Source of the DNA: Candidatus Wildermuthbacteria bacterium
Lineage (GTDB): Bacteria > Patescibacteriota > Minisyncoccia > Minisyncoccales > UBA10102
DNA: 64,000 nucleotides
Assembly (NCBI GenBank): GCA_016186115.1
Contig: JACPMK010000002.1
Span: 274,323 to 338,322 of the forward strand
Direction of reading: 5' to 3'
Shown here one piece after another: positions 39,336-50,183 of this stretch. Each line of letters opens with the position of its first letter. Positions within the stretch are counted from its first letter, which is position 1. A program made the position numbers and the translations under genes. The notes beneath the pieces were generated by a model that was not told where the DNA came from, searched no databases, and saw nothing but the letters and a program-made list of their open reading frames with translations.

Positions 39336-41333
39336 GTGAATACCGATCAAAAGCAAAAATCCTTTCGGCTTCCTTCGATTTCCCAGTGGAAACATTTTTT
39401 CTCCATTCTTTCGAAAAAAGAAAAGGTGTTGCTTTTGATACTCGCCTTGGCATGGATTGGATCTTCGGTTTTCCTTGTCCGGCAATTTTATCTTCAGCAA
39501 ACCCAAATCGCGCCAGCAAAGGGAGGGGAAATCGTGGAAGGCATGGTCGGATTCCCCCGTTCTCCCAATCAGATCGTGGCCGATGACAGTGATGTAGACA
39601 GAGATCTTCTCCAACTTCTCTATGCGGGTTTGCTTTCCTACGACGAAGAAAGTATTCTTGCTCCAGATTTGCTTGAAAGTTATCAAGTGCAGGGAGAAAA
39701 TAAACTGATTGAACTTGTACTCAAAGATAATCTCCGATGGAGCGATGGCAAACCAATTACTGCAGATGACGTCATCTTTACTATCGAAGCGATTCAAGAT
39801 CCCCAAAATAAAAGTCCTCTTCGGAGAAACTGGCTGGGCGTTACCGTAAAAAAAATTTCTGATCTTCGCATTCAACTGGAATTGAAAGAAAGCTATATTC
39901 CTTTTTTGGAGCGTCTCACCTTAAAACCGATCCCTAAACATATTTGGGAAGGGAGCACGCCCGAAAGCTTCTATCGACCCAGCAATGCGAATTTAAAACC
40001 CGTGGGGAGCGGGCCGTATGTGGTCACCAAAATCACACAGGAAAAAGAAAACGGGGCAATCCGCGAATTACAGCTTGAACCAAATCCTTATTACCATAGC
40101 AATGCTCCTTTTATCCCTGTAGTGAAGGCAAAATTCTATGCAAGTCAGGACGAGCTTACAAAAGCAGCAGAACAAGGACAGATTACAAGCTTTGCAATGG
40201 ATCCTTTTGAAAAGAATGCGCAAGCGAACTCCTCCCGGTTTGCCAGCCATATCTACTCTTTGCCGCGCTACTTTGCAATATTCTTCAACTTGGATGCGCC
40301 TGCCGGGCAGGATGTCATAAAAAATAAAACAATTCGAAAAGCGCTTGCGCTCGCTCTCGATCGAAATAAAATTGCAGCAGACATCTTCGGATCGAACGGA
40401 AAAATCGTCGTATCGCCCCTTTTATCCGATCTCTTCCAGCTAACCCAGCCAGAAAATAATCCTGAACCCGACTTCGAGAAAGCACTGGAACTGCTGGGTA
40501 ATTCTGGCTATGGAAAAAAAGATGGGAAAATTGTACAATTAAACTCTCCCAAGCTTTTTCAAGGAGATCTCAAAGAGGGATCGAAAGGAACAGCAGTAGA
40601 AATGCTTCAGGAATGCCTTGCAAAGGACAAAGAGATTTATCCCGATGGTACCGTGTCAGGATCATTTGGCGCGCTCACAAAAGAGGCGGTCATGCGCTTT
40701 CAGCAAAAATACGCCAATGATATTCTCAAGCCATCCGGACTTTCCAAGGGAAACGGAGTAGTAGGGCCTGCCACAAGAGCAAAGCTGAATGAAATTTGTT
40801 TCGGAAATAATGCCTATCCCGTCCTCCAGATCTTGCTCACGATACCCGATAACCCCACCTTCCAAGCGGTAGCCCAGAATATCAAAAATCAATGGGAAAC
40901 ATTTGGCATTACAGTAGAAATTCAATCGTATTCACTCAAAGATATCACCACAACTGTTATTCCCAAAAGGGCATACCAAACACTTCTTTTCGGCGAGATA
41001 TTGAATATTCTTCCGGATCCCCTGCCTTTTTGGCATTCTTCCCAAAAAGATTACCCGGGGTTTAATCTTTCTGCATATCAAAATAAAGAAGCAGATGCCC
41101 TGCTTGAACAAGCCAGAAAAGAAAGTGATCCGTCAAAAAGGAAAGAGAAATTCGTAAAGCTTCAAACCATGCTTCTCGAAGATCTCCCTGCGATTACTCT
41201 GTATGACACGAATTATATCTATGCTACCCCCAAAGAGCTGCAAGGAATCAAAGAAAGCATCATCGCAGAACCATCGCAACGTTTTACTGGAATTGCAAAT
41301 TGGTACATGCGCACTGCAAGACAGTGGAAGTAA
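39336..41333 (+). CDS. Family-5 ABC substrate-binding protein with inserted peptidoglycan-binding domain
   Basis: WSDGKPITADDVIFT and PVGSGPY; insert DLKEGSKGTAVEMLQ..FGALTKEAVMRFQ..GVVGPATRAKLN. Confidence 0.9.
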   Translation: MNTDQKQKSFRLPSISQWKHFFSILSKKEKVLLLILALAWIGSSVFLVRQFYLQQTQIAPAKGGEIVEGMVGFPRSPNQIVADDSDVDRDLLQLLYAGLLSYDEESILAPDLLESYQVQGENKLIELVLKDNLRWSDGKPITADDVIFTIEAIQDPQNKSPLRRNWLGVTVKKISDLRIQLELKESYIPFLERLTLKPIPKHIWEGSTPESFYRPSNANLKPVGSGPYVVTKITQEKENGAIRELQLEPNPYYHSNAPFIPVVKAKFYASQDELTKAAEQGQITSFAMDPFEKNAQANSSRFASHIYSLPRYFAIFFNLDAPAGQDVIKNKTIRKALALALDRNKIAADIFGSNGKIVVSPLLSDLFQLTQPENNPEPDFEKALELLGNSGYGKKDGKIVQLNSPKLFQGDLKEGSKGTAVEMLQECLAKDKEIYPDGTVSGSFGALTKEAVMRFQQKYANDILKPSGLSKGNGVVGPATRAKLNEICFGNNAYPVLQILLTIPDNPTFQAVAQNIKNQWETFGITVEIQSYSLKDITTTVIPKRAYQTLLFGEILNILPDPLPFWHSSQKDYPGFNLSAYQNKEADALLEQARKESDPSKRKEKFVKLQTMLLEDLPAITLYDTNYIYATPKELQGIKESIIAEPSQRFTGIANWYMRTARQWK

Positions 41334-41338
41334 TCAGG

Positions 41339-41420
41339 GGGCGTGTGGCGGAACTGGCATACGCATACGCTTCAGGAGCGTATTCCGCAAGGATTGAGGG
41401 TTCGAATCCCTCCACGCCCA
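41339..41420 (+). tRNA. tRNA-Leu(CAG)
   Basis: GGGCGTG/CACGCCC acceptor stem, TACGC-TTCAGGA-GCGTA, GTTCGAAT; CCA not encoded. Confidence 0.95.
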
Positions 41421-41445
41421 CTAGAATAACTAATCTCATAATTTA

Positions 41446-43128
41446 ATGGTCTCACAAACAACTGAAGAATCGCTACGCATTATCCCTCTCGGAGGGCTAG
41501 GTGAAGTTGGTCGCAATATGATGATTATTGAATGGCAGGGAAAAATTCTCATCATCGATATGGGATTTCGTATGCCGGAAGAAGACATGCCCGGCATTGA
41601 TTACATCATTCCGAACATCTCTTGTCTCAAGGGAAAATCAAGAGATATTTTGGGAATTCTCATTACCCACGGCCATTACGACCACATTGGCGCAATCCCC
41701 TACTATCTGGGAAGAATAGGCAACCCTCCGTTTTTTTCCGGCCAGATTGGGAAGGCCATCATTTTGAAACGGCAGGAAGAATTTCAGCATCAGCCAAAAA
41801 TGCGCATTAATCTTATCGAAGATGGGAAAAAATTCCGCTTAGGTCCATTTGAGATCGAGCCCTTCCGACAAAATCACAATATCGCCGACAATTTCGGATT
41901 TGTTATTGGAACTCCCATCGGCAATATCGTGCATACATCTGACTTTAAATTCGATGACAATCCAATCTACGACAAGCCGACTGATTACGAACATTTGGCC
42001 GCAATCGGCAAAAAAAAGGTGCTGCTCTTGATGTCCGATTCCACCAATGCAGAAGAGCCGAACCACTCCCTTTCCGAAAAAACAATCATGGAAAATCTTG
42101 ATGAGATTTTCAAGAACGCACAAGGGCGCATTCTGACCGCAACCTTCTCGTCTTTACTGAACCGAATACAACAAATTATTGCTCTGTCAGAAAAATACGG
42201 CAGAAGAGTAGTGCTGGAGGGATATTCCATGAGAACAAATGTTGAGATTGCTCGCCGCTTGGGATATCTCAAGATGAAACGAGGAACTCTTATCAAAGCG
42301 CAGGATGCTTCGAAATACGCGGATGACAAACTTACCATCATGGGCACGGGAGCACAGGGCGAAGAAAGAGCGGTGCTCATGCGCATTGCAACCGGAGAAC
42401 ATCGCTTCTTTAAAATCCAAAAGGGTGATACGATTATTTTTTCCTCTTCGGTCATCCCGGGAAACGAACGAACGGTGCAATATGTCAAAGATCAGCTCTA
42501 CCGCCAAGGCGCACTGGTGTATCATTACAAAATGCTTGATATTCATGCTTCGGGCCATGCCAATCAGGAAGAGTTAAAGCAGATTATCGAACTGATGCAG
42601 CCAAAATTCTTCCTGCCGGTGCATGGACAATTTTCTATGCTCGTGAACCACGCCCGTCTTGCCCAAGGGATGGGGATTTCCGAAAATCGCATGGTGGTTG
42701 CGGAAAACGGGAATATCATCAAGATCACGAAAGACACGATTGGGATCGAGAAAGCAAAAGTCCCCGCCAATTACGTTATGGTGGATGGATTGGGTATAGG
42801 AGATGTGGGAGAAGTGGTGCTGCGGGATCGCCAGAATCTTGCCCGCGACGGCATGTTCGTTATTATCGCGGTAGTTGATCGGCAAACAGGCAAAGTGCGC
42901 GGCTCCCCTGATATTATTTCACGAGGATTCATTTATCTGCGCGAGTCACAGGATCTCTTGCGCGAAGTGAGACGGCGGGTTATTACAATTGTCGAGCGAA
43001 GCGCGGGATCTGGAGGAGCGGTAAACTGGGTATACGTACGCGATAATGTACGGAACAAAATCGGCGATTTTCTTTTCGAAAAAATTCAACGTCGGCCAAT
43101 GGTCCTGCCAGTAATTATTGAAGTATAG
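41446..43128 (+). CDS. rnj: Ribonuclease J
   Basis: PLGGLGEVGRN, THGHYDHIG, HASGHA and RRPMVLP. Confidence 0.96.
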   Translation: MVSQTTEESLRIIPLGGLGEVGRNMMIIEWQGKILIIDMGFRMPEEDMPGIDYIIPNISCLKGKSRDILGILITHGHYDHIGAIPYYLGRIGNPPFFSGQIGKAIILKRQEEFQHQPKMRINLIEDGKKFRLGPFEIEPFRQNHNIADNFGFVIGTPIGNIVHTSDFKFDDNPIYDKPTDYEHLAAIGKKKVLLLMSDSTNAEEPNHSLSEKTIMENLDEIFKNAQGRILTATFSSLLNRIQQIIALSEKYGRRVVLEGYSMRTNVEIARRLGYLKMKRGTLIKAQDASKYADDKLTIMGTGAQGEERAVLMRIATGEHRFFKIQKGDTIIFSSSVIPGNERTVQYVKDQLYRQGALVYHYKMLDIHASGHANQEELKQIIELMQPKFFLPVHGQFSMLVNHARLAQGMGISENRMVVAENGNIIKITKDTIGIEKAKVPANYVMVDGLGIGDVGEVVLRDRQNLARDGMFVIIAVVDRQTGKVRGSPDIISRGFIYLRESQDLLREVRRRVITIVERSAGSGGAVNWVYVRDNVRNKIGDFLFEKIQRRPMVLPVIIEV

Positions 43129-43132
43129 CATC

Positions 43133-44119
43133 ATGAAAATCTTTAGCGGTATCCAGCCAACAGGAAAAATGCATATCGGGAATTATCTGGGAGCAATCAA
43201 GCAATGGGTTGAGTTTCAGCAAACCGATGATTGTATGTTCTGTGTGGTCGATTTGCACGCGCTTACTATCCCTCAAAACCCAAATGCTCTTAGAAAAGCT
43301 GTCGCTGAAAAAGTCATTGAACTCCTTTCGGTGGGAGTTGATCCGGCAAAAAGCATTCTCTTTGTGCAGTCGCATGTCAAAGAGCATACCGAACTCGCGT
43401 GGATGTTGAGCACCCTTACCTCAATGGGAGAACTGGAGCGCATGACGCAATACAAAGAAAAAGCGAGAAAGAACAAGGCAAATCAGAACGCAGGACTTCT
43501 TACCTATCCCGTGCTTATGGCGGCTGACATTCTTCTGTACCAGACCGAAGGGGTCCCCGTGGGAAAAGATCAGGGACAGCATCTGGAAATCACCCGGGAT
43601 ATAGCAAAACGATTCAACGCAAGATTCGGCAAGACATTTGTCGAACCAAAAACGCTTTTCCCGAAAGCAGGGGCAAAGGTACTCTCGCTCAAGGACCCCA
43701 AAAAGAAGATGTCGAAGTCCGATGATCCCGAAAGCTATATCGCGCTATTTGACGAACCCGAGGCGATCAGAAAGAAAATTATGTCTGCCGTCACCGATAC
43801 CGGAAAAGAAATCCGGTATAATCCGGAAAGGAAACCCGGCATTTCAAATCTTCTCCTCATATATTCGTTGATGAACGGCAAATCCATTGCCGAACTCGAG
43901 CGGCAATTCAAAACGAAAGGATATGCCGCACTCAAGAAGTCGCTCGCAGAAATTCTTATTGAAACCCTGGAGCCATTCCGCAGAAAACAAAAAGAGCTCC
44001 AATCGCGCGAGCTCTACATCCAAGAAATCCTCAAACAGGGAGCGAAGAAGGCCTCATCGCTTGCCGAGATCACCATGAAAGAAGTGCGGAAGAGAATGGG
44101 ACTGCTCGGAAACGAATAG
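43133..44119 (+). CDS. trpS: Tryptophan-tRNA ligase
   Basis: SGIQPTG, HIGNYLGA, YPVLMAADIL and KMSKS. Confidence 0.97.
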   Translation: MKIFSGIQPTGKMHIGNYLGAIKQWVEFQQTDDCMFCVVDLHALTIPQNPNALRKAVAEKVIELLSVGVDPAKSILFVQSHVKEHTELAWMLSTLTSMGELERMTQYKEKARKNKANQNAGLLTYPVLMAADILLYQTEGVPVGKDQGQHLEITRDIAKRFNARFGKTFVEPKTLFPKAGAKVLSLKDPKKKMSKSDDPESYIALFDEPEAIRKKIMSAVTDTGKEIRYNPERKPGISNLLLIYSLMNGKSIAELERQFKTKGYAALKKSLAEILIETLEPFRRKQKELQSRELYIQEILKQGAKKASSLAEITMKEVRKRMGLLGNE

Positions 44120-44222
44120 TATCCTGTATCTAGTATTTGGTATGCAGAATTATACAAATGAAAATTTACATCAATTTCATCCCATCGTATAAAATTGATG
44201 CACAATGACAGAGAATAAAAAA

Positions 44223-45623
44223 TCAGCTTTCTTCTCCTTCGATAATCTTTGCGAGTTCTTTTTTCTTTTCCTCGAGTAGCTCTTGAGAATTTGCTTCGAT
44301 CACAAGACGGAGCAAGGGTTCGGTATTGGAAGATCGAACCAAAAACCACCAGTCAGGAAAATCAACCCGCAACCCATCAAGTTCCGATATCTGGCCCGTG
44401 CGGAAATACGCTCTTACTGCCGCTATTTTCTGCTCTTTCGCCTGTACGGAAAAATTAATTTCGCCAGAATGGGCATACACTTGAAACGGCTGAATGAAAT
44501 GAGAAAATGGCACACGACGTTCCCTTAATGCCTTAAGAATACGCAGGAATACAACGAAAGGAACTTCAAAAAACAATCCGTCTCCCCAATAGTAATGTCC
44601 AGAAAGCTCTCCGCCAAACAAGATATCTTCCTTGCGCATTGTTGCCTTAATAAGGGAGTGGCCGATGCGTGAAGCGACAGGAACCCCCCCAAATTGCTGG
44701 ACTTTCTCTGCTACAATGTTGCTCGAACGAACATCATACAATATTTTTTGTTGCTGCATCCGGAACTTTTCCTGTTGCAGGATAATTTGCGCCATCAAGG
44801 CAGTAATCAAATCGCCTCGGATTGGCTCCCCTTGTTCATCAATGAATACAATGCGATCGGCGTCGCCATCAAGCGCCACGCCCAAATCGGGCTTTTTTTC
44901 TTTTATCAATAAAATAAGATCTTCGATATTTTTCCGTATGAGAGGATCAGGCACATGATGAGGAAATCGTCCATCCGGATCCATATGCAACGGATATACC
45001 GTAGCACCAATGGCCTGCAAAATTTTTGTCAACATTGGCCCTCCTACCCCATTGCCGGCGTCCACGGCAACTGAAAAATTTTTGAATTCGTCTTTTTGCA
45101 CATCGGCAAGAACAAGGTTAAATGCAAGGTACTCTTCCTCAATACTCTTTTTGACGATCTTGCGTCTATCAAGCTCCGTATCTTTTGCTGCCGTTGGCAT
45201 ACTCTGCACATAATCTCGAATCCAGAAAATTCCCGTGTCCCCGCCCAATGGAATTGCTTTCTCTCTCGTCAGCTTAATTCCATTGTGGGGGTTTGGATTA
45301 TGAGAAGCAGTAATCATTGCTCCCCCATCGTAGCCAAAATGAGAAACCGCAAAATAAAGCATGGGCGTTGTAATGAGTCCCGCGTCAATAATTGTGCATC
45401 CTTCAGAGATAGCTCCTCTTGCAAATTGTTCAAATAAAATTGGGGAGGAAAGCCGCATATCCCGGCCCACCACAATCGATAGCTCCTCTTGCTGAATACG
45501 CGCTTCCTTTTTTAAAAAGGTTACAAACCCCTTGCCAACGGCAAACGCAACTTCTTCATTAAGTTCATCCGGGTATGTGCCGCGGATATCGTAGGCACGA
45601 AAAATATCGGGATTAATTTTCAT
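44223..45623 (-). CDS. Phosphomannomutase/phosphoglucomutase
   Basis: FRAYDIRG, ITASHNP, DGDADR, GELSGH and RSSNTEP. Confidence 0.93.
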   Translation of the reverse strand: MKINPDIFRAYDIRGTYPDELNEEVAFAVGKGFVTFLKKEARIQQEELSIVVGRDMRLSSPILFEQFARGAISEGCTIIDAGLITTPMLYFAVSHFGYDGGAMITASHNPNPHNGIKLTREKAIPLGGDTGIFWIRDYVQSMPTAAKDTELDRRKIVKKSIEEEYLAFNLVLADVQKDEFKNFSVAVDAGNGVGGPMLTKILQAIGATVYPLHMDPDGRFPHHVPDPLIRKNIEDLILLIKEKKPDLGVALDGDADRIVFIDEQGEPIRGDLITALMAQIILQQEKFRMQQQKILYDVRSSNIVAEKVQQFGGVPVASRIGHSLIKATMRKEDILFGGELSGHYYWGDGLFFEVPFVVFLRILKALRERRVPFSHFIQPFQVYAHSGEINFSVQAKEQKIAAVRAYFRTGQISELDGLRVDFPDWWFLVRSSNTEPLLRLVIEANSQELLEEKKKELAKIIEGEES

Positions 45624-45646
45624 ATCTTCCTCATATTACCATAGCA

Positions 45647-45676
45647 TTGACGAAAACCAAATATCTATGCTATAGT
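45647..45676 (+). promoter_or_regulatory. rpsF operon promoter
   Basis: TTGACG-18-TATAGT with TGn extension. Confidence 0.6.
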
Positions 45677-45691
45677 AGTATTACCATTTTC

Positions 45692-46117
45692 ATGAAAAAC
45701 TACGAATATACAATCATCCTCTCCCCGAACCTTAGCGACGAAGAAGTGGCAAATAAGGTAAGCCAGCTTGTTTCGTTTTTGCAAGAGAAAGGAGGAATTC
45801 TGGAAAAGCAATCGCTTGTAGGCAGAAAGTCCTTGGCATATTCTATCAAAAAGGAAAACGAGGGGCATATTGCCGTAATCAGCTTTCTCGGAAGCGCTGA
45901 AACCCATGCCATGCTCGCCAATAAGATAAAGACGGAACAAGGCATTATGCGATTTCTTGCATTGACGAGGACCCCTCAAAAAGTATCCCGAAAGCAGCCG
46001 TCTTTCGCTTCGGCAAGGTCTCATCAAGCGCCTCTTGAAGAAACAAAGGGACAAGAAAAAATAACCGCACAGGACATTGACAAACAACTTGAAGAAATTC
46101 TAGGCAAAGGAGAATAA
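45692..46117 (+). CDS. rpsF: 30S ribosomal protein S6
   Basis: MKNYEYTIILSP and GRKSLAYSIKK; rpsF-ssb-rpsR order. Confidence 0.93.
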   Translation: MKNYEYTIILSPNLSDEEVANKVSQLVSFLQEKGGILEKQSLVGRKSLAYSIKKENEGHIAVISFLGSAETHAMLANKIKTEQGIMRFLALTRTPQKVSRKQPSFASARSHQAPLEETKGQEKITAQDIDKQLEEILGKGE

Positions 46118-46588
<471 letters not shown>

Positions 46589-46634
46589 TAAATTCGAATT
46601 TCGATATTCGAATTTCTTTTACGAAGTAAAAGCT

Positions 46635-46832
46635 ATGGACTGTTTCTTGTGCAAAAAAAATTTCAGAGAAATTGATTTTCGCGAAACGCCCTTTCTGAAA
46701 CGCTATATTTCGAGCTTGGGAAAAATCCGCCCGAAAGAAAGAACAGGATTGTGCTCGTATCACCAGCGCCACATGGCCAAGGCAATCAAAAGGGCCCGTC
46801 ACCTCGGCCTGCTTTCCGCTACCTCGAAATAA
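46635..46832 (+). CDS. rpsR: 30S ribosomal protein S18 (zinc-binding type)
   Basis: CFLC..GKIRPKERTGLCSYHQR..AIKRARHLGLL. Confidence 0.95.
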   Translation: MDCFLCKKNFREIDFRETPFLKRYISSLGKIRPKERTGLCSYHQRHMAKAIKRARHLGLLSATSK

Positions 46833-46861
46833 CAAAAATCCCGCTTTCCGCGGGATTTTTG
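46833..46861. terminator. Bidirectional terminator between rpsR and recA
   Basis: CAAAAATCCCGC-tttcc-GCGGGATTTTTG. Confidence 0.85.
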
Positions 46862-46877
46862 TTTGCACCATTTCATT

Positions 46878-47879
46878 TCACTCTTTGACGCCTTGAAATG
46901 TCTTTTCGCGAATACGTTTTACCACTTCCGGGTTTTCTTTGAGAAAACTTCTTGCCTGCTCGGTACCCTGGCCAAGCTTGGTATCTTCGAACTGAAGCCA
47001 ACTTCCTGCTTTTTCCACGATCCCATTTTTCATGCCAATATTCAACACGTCAGCCAAATACGAGATACCCTCATTATAATAAATGTCAAATTCTGCGGTT
47101 CTAAAAGGCGCTGCCACTTTATTTTTTACGATCTTTGCTCTCACTCTCGACCCTACAATTTCCTCTCCTTGCTTGATTTGGGCAATTCTCCGAAGTTCGA
47201 TCCTTACTGATGCGTAAAATTTCAAGGCAAGGCCTCCGGGCGTGGTCTCGGGATTGCCAAACATAACGCCAATTTTCATTCGAATCTGGTTGAGAAAAAT
47301 AACAGAGGTTTTTGTTTTGGCAACAATCGAAGAAAGTTTTCGCAAGGCAGAAGACATCAACCGCGCCTGAAGCCCGATCTGAAATTCTCCCATTTCCCCC
47401 GCAATTTCATTTTTCGGAGTTAATGCCGCCACCGAATCCACCACAATCACATCCACTTCTCCCGAGCGCACCAAGGTCTCAAGAATTTGCAATGCCTGTT
47501 CCCCAGAATCGGGCTGTGAAATCAATAAATCATCTACATTTACGCCGATGCGCTTGGCATATTCCGGATCAAGCGCATGCTCGGCGTCGATAAATGCTCC
47601 AACTCCTCCTTGTTTCTGGGCTTGAGAAAGAATGTGGAGGGCAAGAGTTGTTTTGCCGCTTGACTCGGGGCCATAAATCTCAATTACTCTTCCTCTTGGC
47701 ACTCCCCCAACTCCAAGCGCAAGATCAATTGATAAGGAACCGGTGGGGATTACTGCGACATCTACAGGACTCGCCTCGCTTAGCTTCATAATTGCGCCCT
47801 CGCCGAAACGCTGCTTTATTTCGGTAATTGCTTCCTGCAGATTACCGGCCTCTTTTTTTACGATTTGTTTCTTTGCCAT
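46878..47879 (-). CDS. recA: Recombinase RecA
   Basis: [17 protein letters not shown] and [12 protein letters not shown]. Confidence 0.98.
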   Translation of the reverse strand: MAKKQIVKKEAGNLQEAITEIKQRFGEGAIMKLSEASPVDVAVIPTGSLSIDLALGVGGVPRGRVIEIYGPESSGKTTLALHILSQAQKQGGVGAFIDAEHALDPEYAKRIGVNVDDLLISQPDSGEQALQILETLVRSGEVDVIVVDSVAALTPKNEIAGEMGEFQIGLQARLMSSALRKLSSIVAKTKTSVIFLNQIRMKIGVMFGNPETTPGGLALKFYASVRIELRRIAQIKQGEEIVGSRVRAKIVKNKVAAPFRTAEFDIYYNEGISYLADVLNIGMKNGIVEKAGSWLQFEDTKLGQGTEQARSFLKENPEVVKRIREKTFQGVKE

Positions 47880-47909
47880 ACAACTTAATTATAACACACT
47901 TCTCGTATT

Positions 47910-50099
47910 TTATAGCTTGGGGGTTTCCCATTCTTGTTGCCCTTCGCCGGTTTGCTCATGCTTTGCATATACTTCCCGCGGCTTTGCTCCTTCGCCTGGA
48001 CCAATAATACCCCGATCTTCCAGCATATCGATAAGCCGGGCTGCTCTGGCATAGCCAAGCTTGAGACGGCGCTGCAGCAAAGAAGCGGAGGCCTTGCCTG
48101 ACTCTACTACAACGCGTTTCGCTTCTTCGTACAGAGAGTCATCTTCATCGCTCATACCCGAGGGCAATTCCAATCCTTGCATTGCGCTTTGAGTAAGGTC
48201 GTCCTCTGATATTTCTTCTCTTGGCAAATCAGCAACTTGACCCCGAATCCAACTCACCACTTTTTTCACCTCCCTTTCCGAAACGTACGCACCCTGAACT
48301 CTTCGGGGCTTGGAGAGTTCAGCAGAAGAAAAGAGCATATCGCCTTGTCCGAGCAGCTGTTCCGCGCCCGAAGCATCAAGAATCGTTCGCGAATCAACTT
48401 GAGAAGCCACTTGAAACGCGATCCGCGAAGTAATATTTGCCTTGATCAAACCAGTGATAACTTCCACCGACGGACGCTGTGTTGCCAATACCAGATGAAT
48501 CCCTACGGCCCGCGCCATTTGAGCCAGACGTACAATCATGGCTTCGAGTTCCCGGCCGCGGGCAGCCATAAGATCTGCTAATTCATCGATCACGGTTACA
48601 ATGTATGGCATTGATTCCCAATCAGAATCATCTTTTTGATTATTATGTTGCGAAAGTAATGCATGATACCCCTTAATATCTCTTGCCTTGGCATTAGAAA
48701 GCACCAAAAATCTACGCTCCATTTCTTTGATAAGCCATTTTAAAACGTTCAACGTTCTTTGCGTGTCAAAGATAACCGGGGTTAAAAGATGAGGCAGGTC
48801 GTTATAAACAGGAAACTCAACACGCTTGGGATCCACGAGAACGAATCGCAGTATTTCCGGCGAATTACGAAAAATTAAACTCAAAATGATATTATTTAGC
48901 CCGATGGTCTTGCCGGAACCAGTTGCTCCTGCAACCAAAAGGTGCGGCATTCTCGCCAAATCTGTAAATATGGGGCTGCCCGCTACATCCTTTCCGAGCG
49001 CAAGGGGAAGCGAAGCAGGAATGCTGGAAAATTGGGTATTCTCCAATAAACTCCGCAATCGCACCACTGCCCGGGTCTTGTTGGGAATTTCGATCCCGAC
49101 GAGAGCGCGCCCCGGGATTGGGGCCTCGATACGAATCGGATGGGCTGCCACAGCCAACGAAAGATCGTTGCGCAGAGCGGTAATTTTTGAAAGCTTAACT
49201 CCTTCTGCGGGCTTGAACGCATATTGAGTAACCGCAGGCCCAATATTTACTTCTGACATCTCTACCGAAATGCCGAAATTCTGGAGCGTTTTTTTGATGA
49301 TTGCCGAGTATACCTTAATGTCTCCTGCATTCGGACTCCCCTTTTCGTTTTCCAGCAAATCAATGGGGGGAAGCTGATATTCTATCCCTCCAAATTGTTC
49401 GGACAATTTTCCTTTCTCTTCTTTGGACGATTTCTGTTTATCTTTGAGAGAACCTTCGCCCGAATCAATGACGGTTGTATTTTGAATGCGGGGCTCGGAT
49501 TCTATTTCTTTTACTTCAAAATGCGGTGCAAAAATTTTCTTTATTTTTTCCTGTGCTTTTTGGCTGAAATCTCCTTCTTCGCCTTGGCCGTGAGGAATAA
49601 GTTGCCAAAAAATAATGAGGGAGACAAGGAACAATGCAACAAAAATGATCTCCGATACCCACAGCCCAAACGCAGAGAACAATGGCTTTGCTACCAAAAA
49701 ACCGAGCCATCCGCCAATCTCCCGCATGATCTCATTATTCGCGCCGTAGGCAAAAATACCCAGCATGCCGCTCAAACCAAGAAACGCAAGAAGAATCGCA
49801 AAAAATACGGGTTTGCTGCTTTCCCCCTTCAGCGAAAAAAGCACCACTCCTCCCATAAAAAAAATGAGGGGGACAAAAGGAGCTGCCTGGCCAAATACAA
49901 AAAAAGTAAAGTTCTTAAGGAGAATCCCTGCCCTTCCCGCGTTATCGAACAAAGAAAAAATAAAAATAAGGGAAATGGTGAATAATGCCACTGCCCAGAT
50001 GGAACGCTGAATAGGAGAAGGAAGACTGATTTCCGGAAGAGCAGGAATTGGAAGCGAAGGAAAGTGCGATTTTTTTTGTCTTTGTTTTTTTGTCCCCAT
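47910..50099 (-). CDS. ftsK: DNA translocase FtsK
   Basis: N-terminal TMs, PHLLVAGATGSGKT, IDELADLM, ATQRPS and gamma domain LQRRLKLGYARAAR. Confidence 0.96.
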   Translation of the reverse strand: MGTKKQRQKKSHFPSLPIPALPEISLPSPIQRSIWAVALFTISLIFIFSLFDNAGRAGILLKNFTFFVFGQAAPFVPLIFFMGGVVLFSLKGESSKPVFFAILLAFLGLSGMLGIFAYGANNEIMREIGGWLGFLVAKPLFSAFGLWVSEIIFVALFLVSLIIFWQLIPHGQGEEGDFSQKAQEKIKKIFAPHFEVKEIESEPRIQNTTVIDSGEGSLKDKQKSSKEEKGKLSEQFGGIEYQLPPIDLLENEKGSPNAGDIKVYSAIIKKTLQNFGISVEMSEVNIGPAVTQYAFKPAEGVKLSKITALRNDLSLAVAAHPIRIEAPIPGRALVGIEIPNKTRAVVRLRSLLENTQFSSIPASLPLALGKDVAGSPIFTDLARMPHLLVAGATGSGKTIGLNNIILSLIFRNSPEILRFVLVDPKRVEFPVYNDLPHLLTPVIFDTQRTLNVLKWLIKEMERRFLVLSNAKARDIKGYHALLSQHNNQKDDSDWESMPYIVTVIDELADLMAARGRELEAMIVRLAQMARAVGIHLVLATQRPSVEVITGLIKANITSRIAFQVASQVDSRTILDASGAEQLLGQGDMLFSSAELSKPRRVQGAYVSEREVKKVVSWIRGQVADLPREEISEDDLTQSAMQGLELPSGMSDEDDSLYEEAKRVVVESGKASASLLQRRLKLGYARAARLIDMLEDRGIIGPGEGAKPREVYAKHEQTGEGQQEWETPKL

Positions 50100-50183
50100 A
50101 GAAAGATAGTATACCCCTAGTATACAAAAAAATCTCTTCAAAAAAAATCCCCCTCTCTCGCCAGAGGGGGATGCAACCATACG

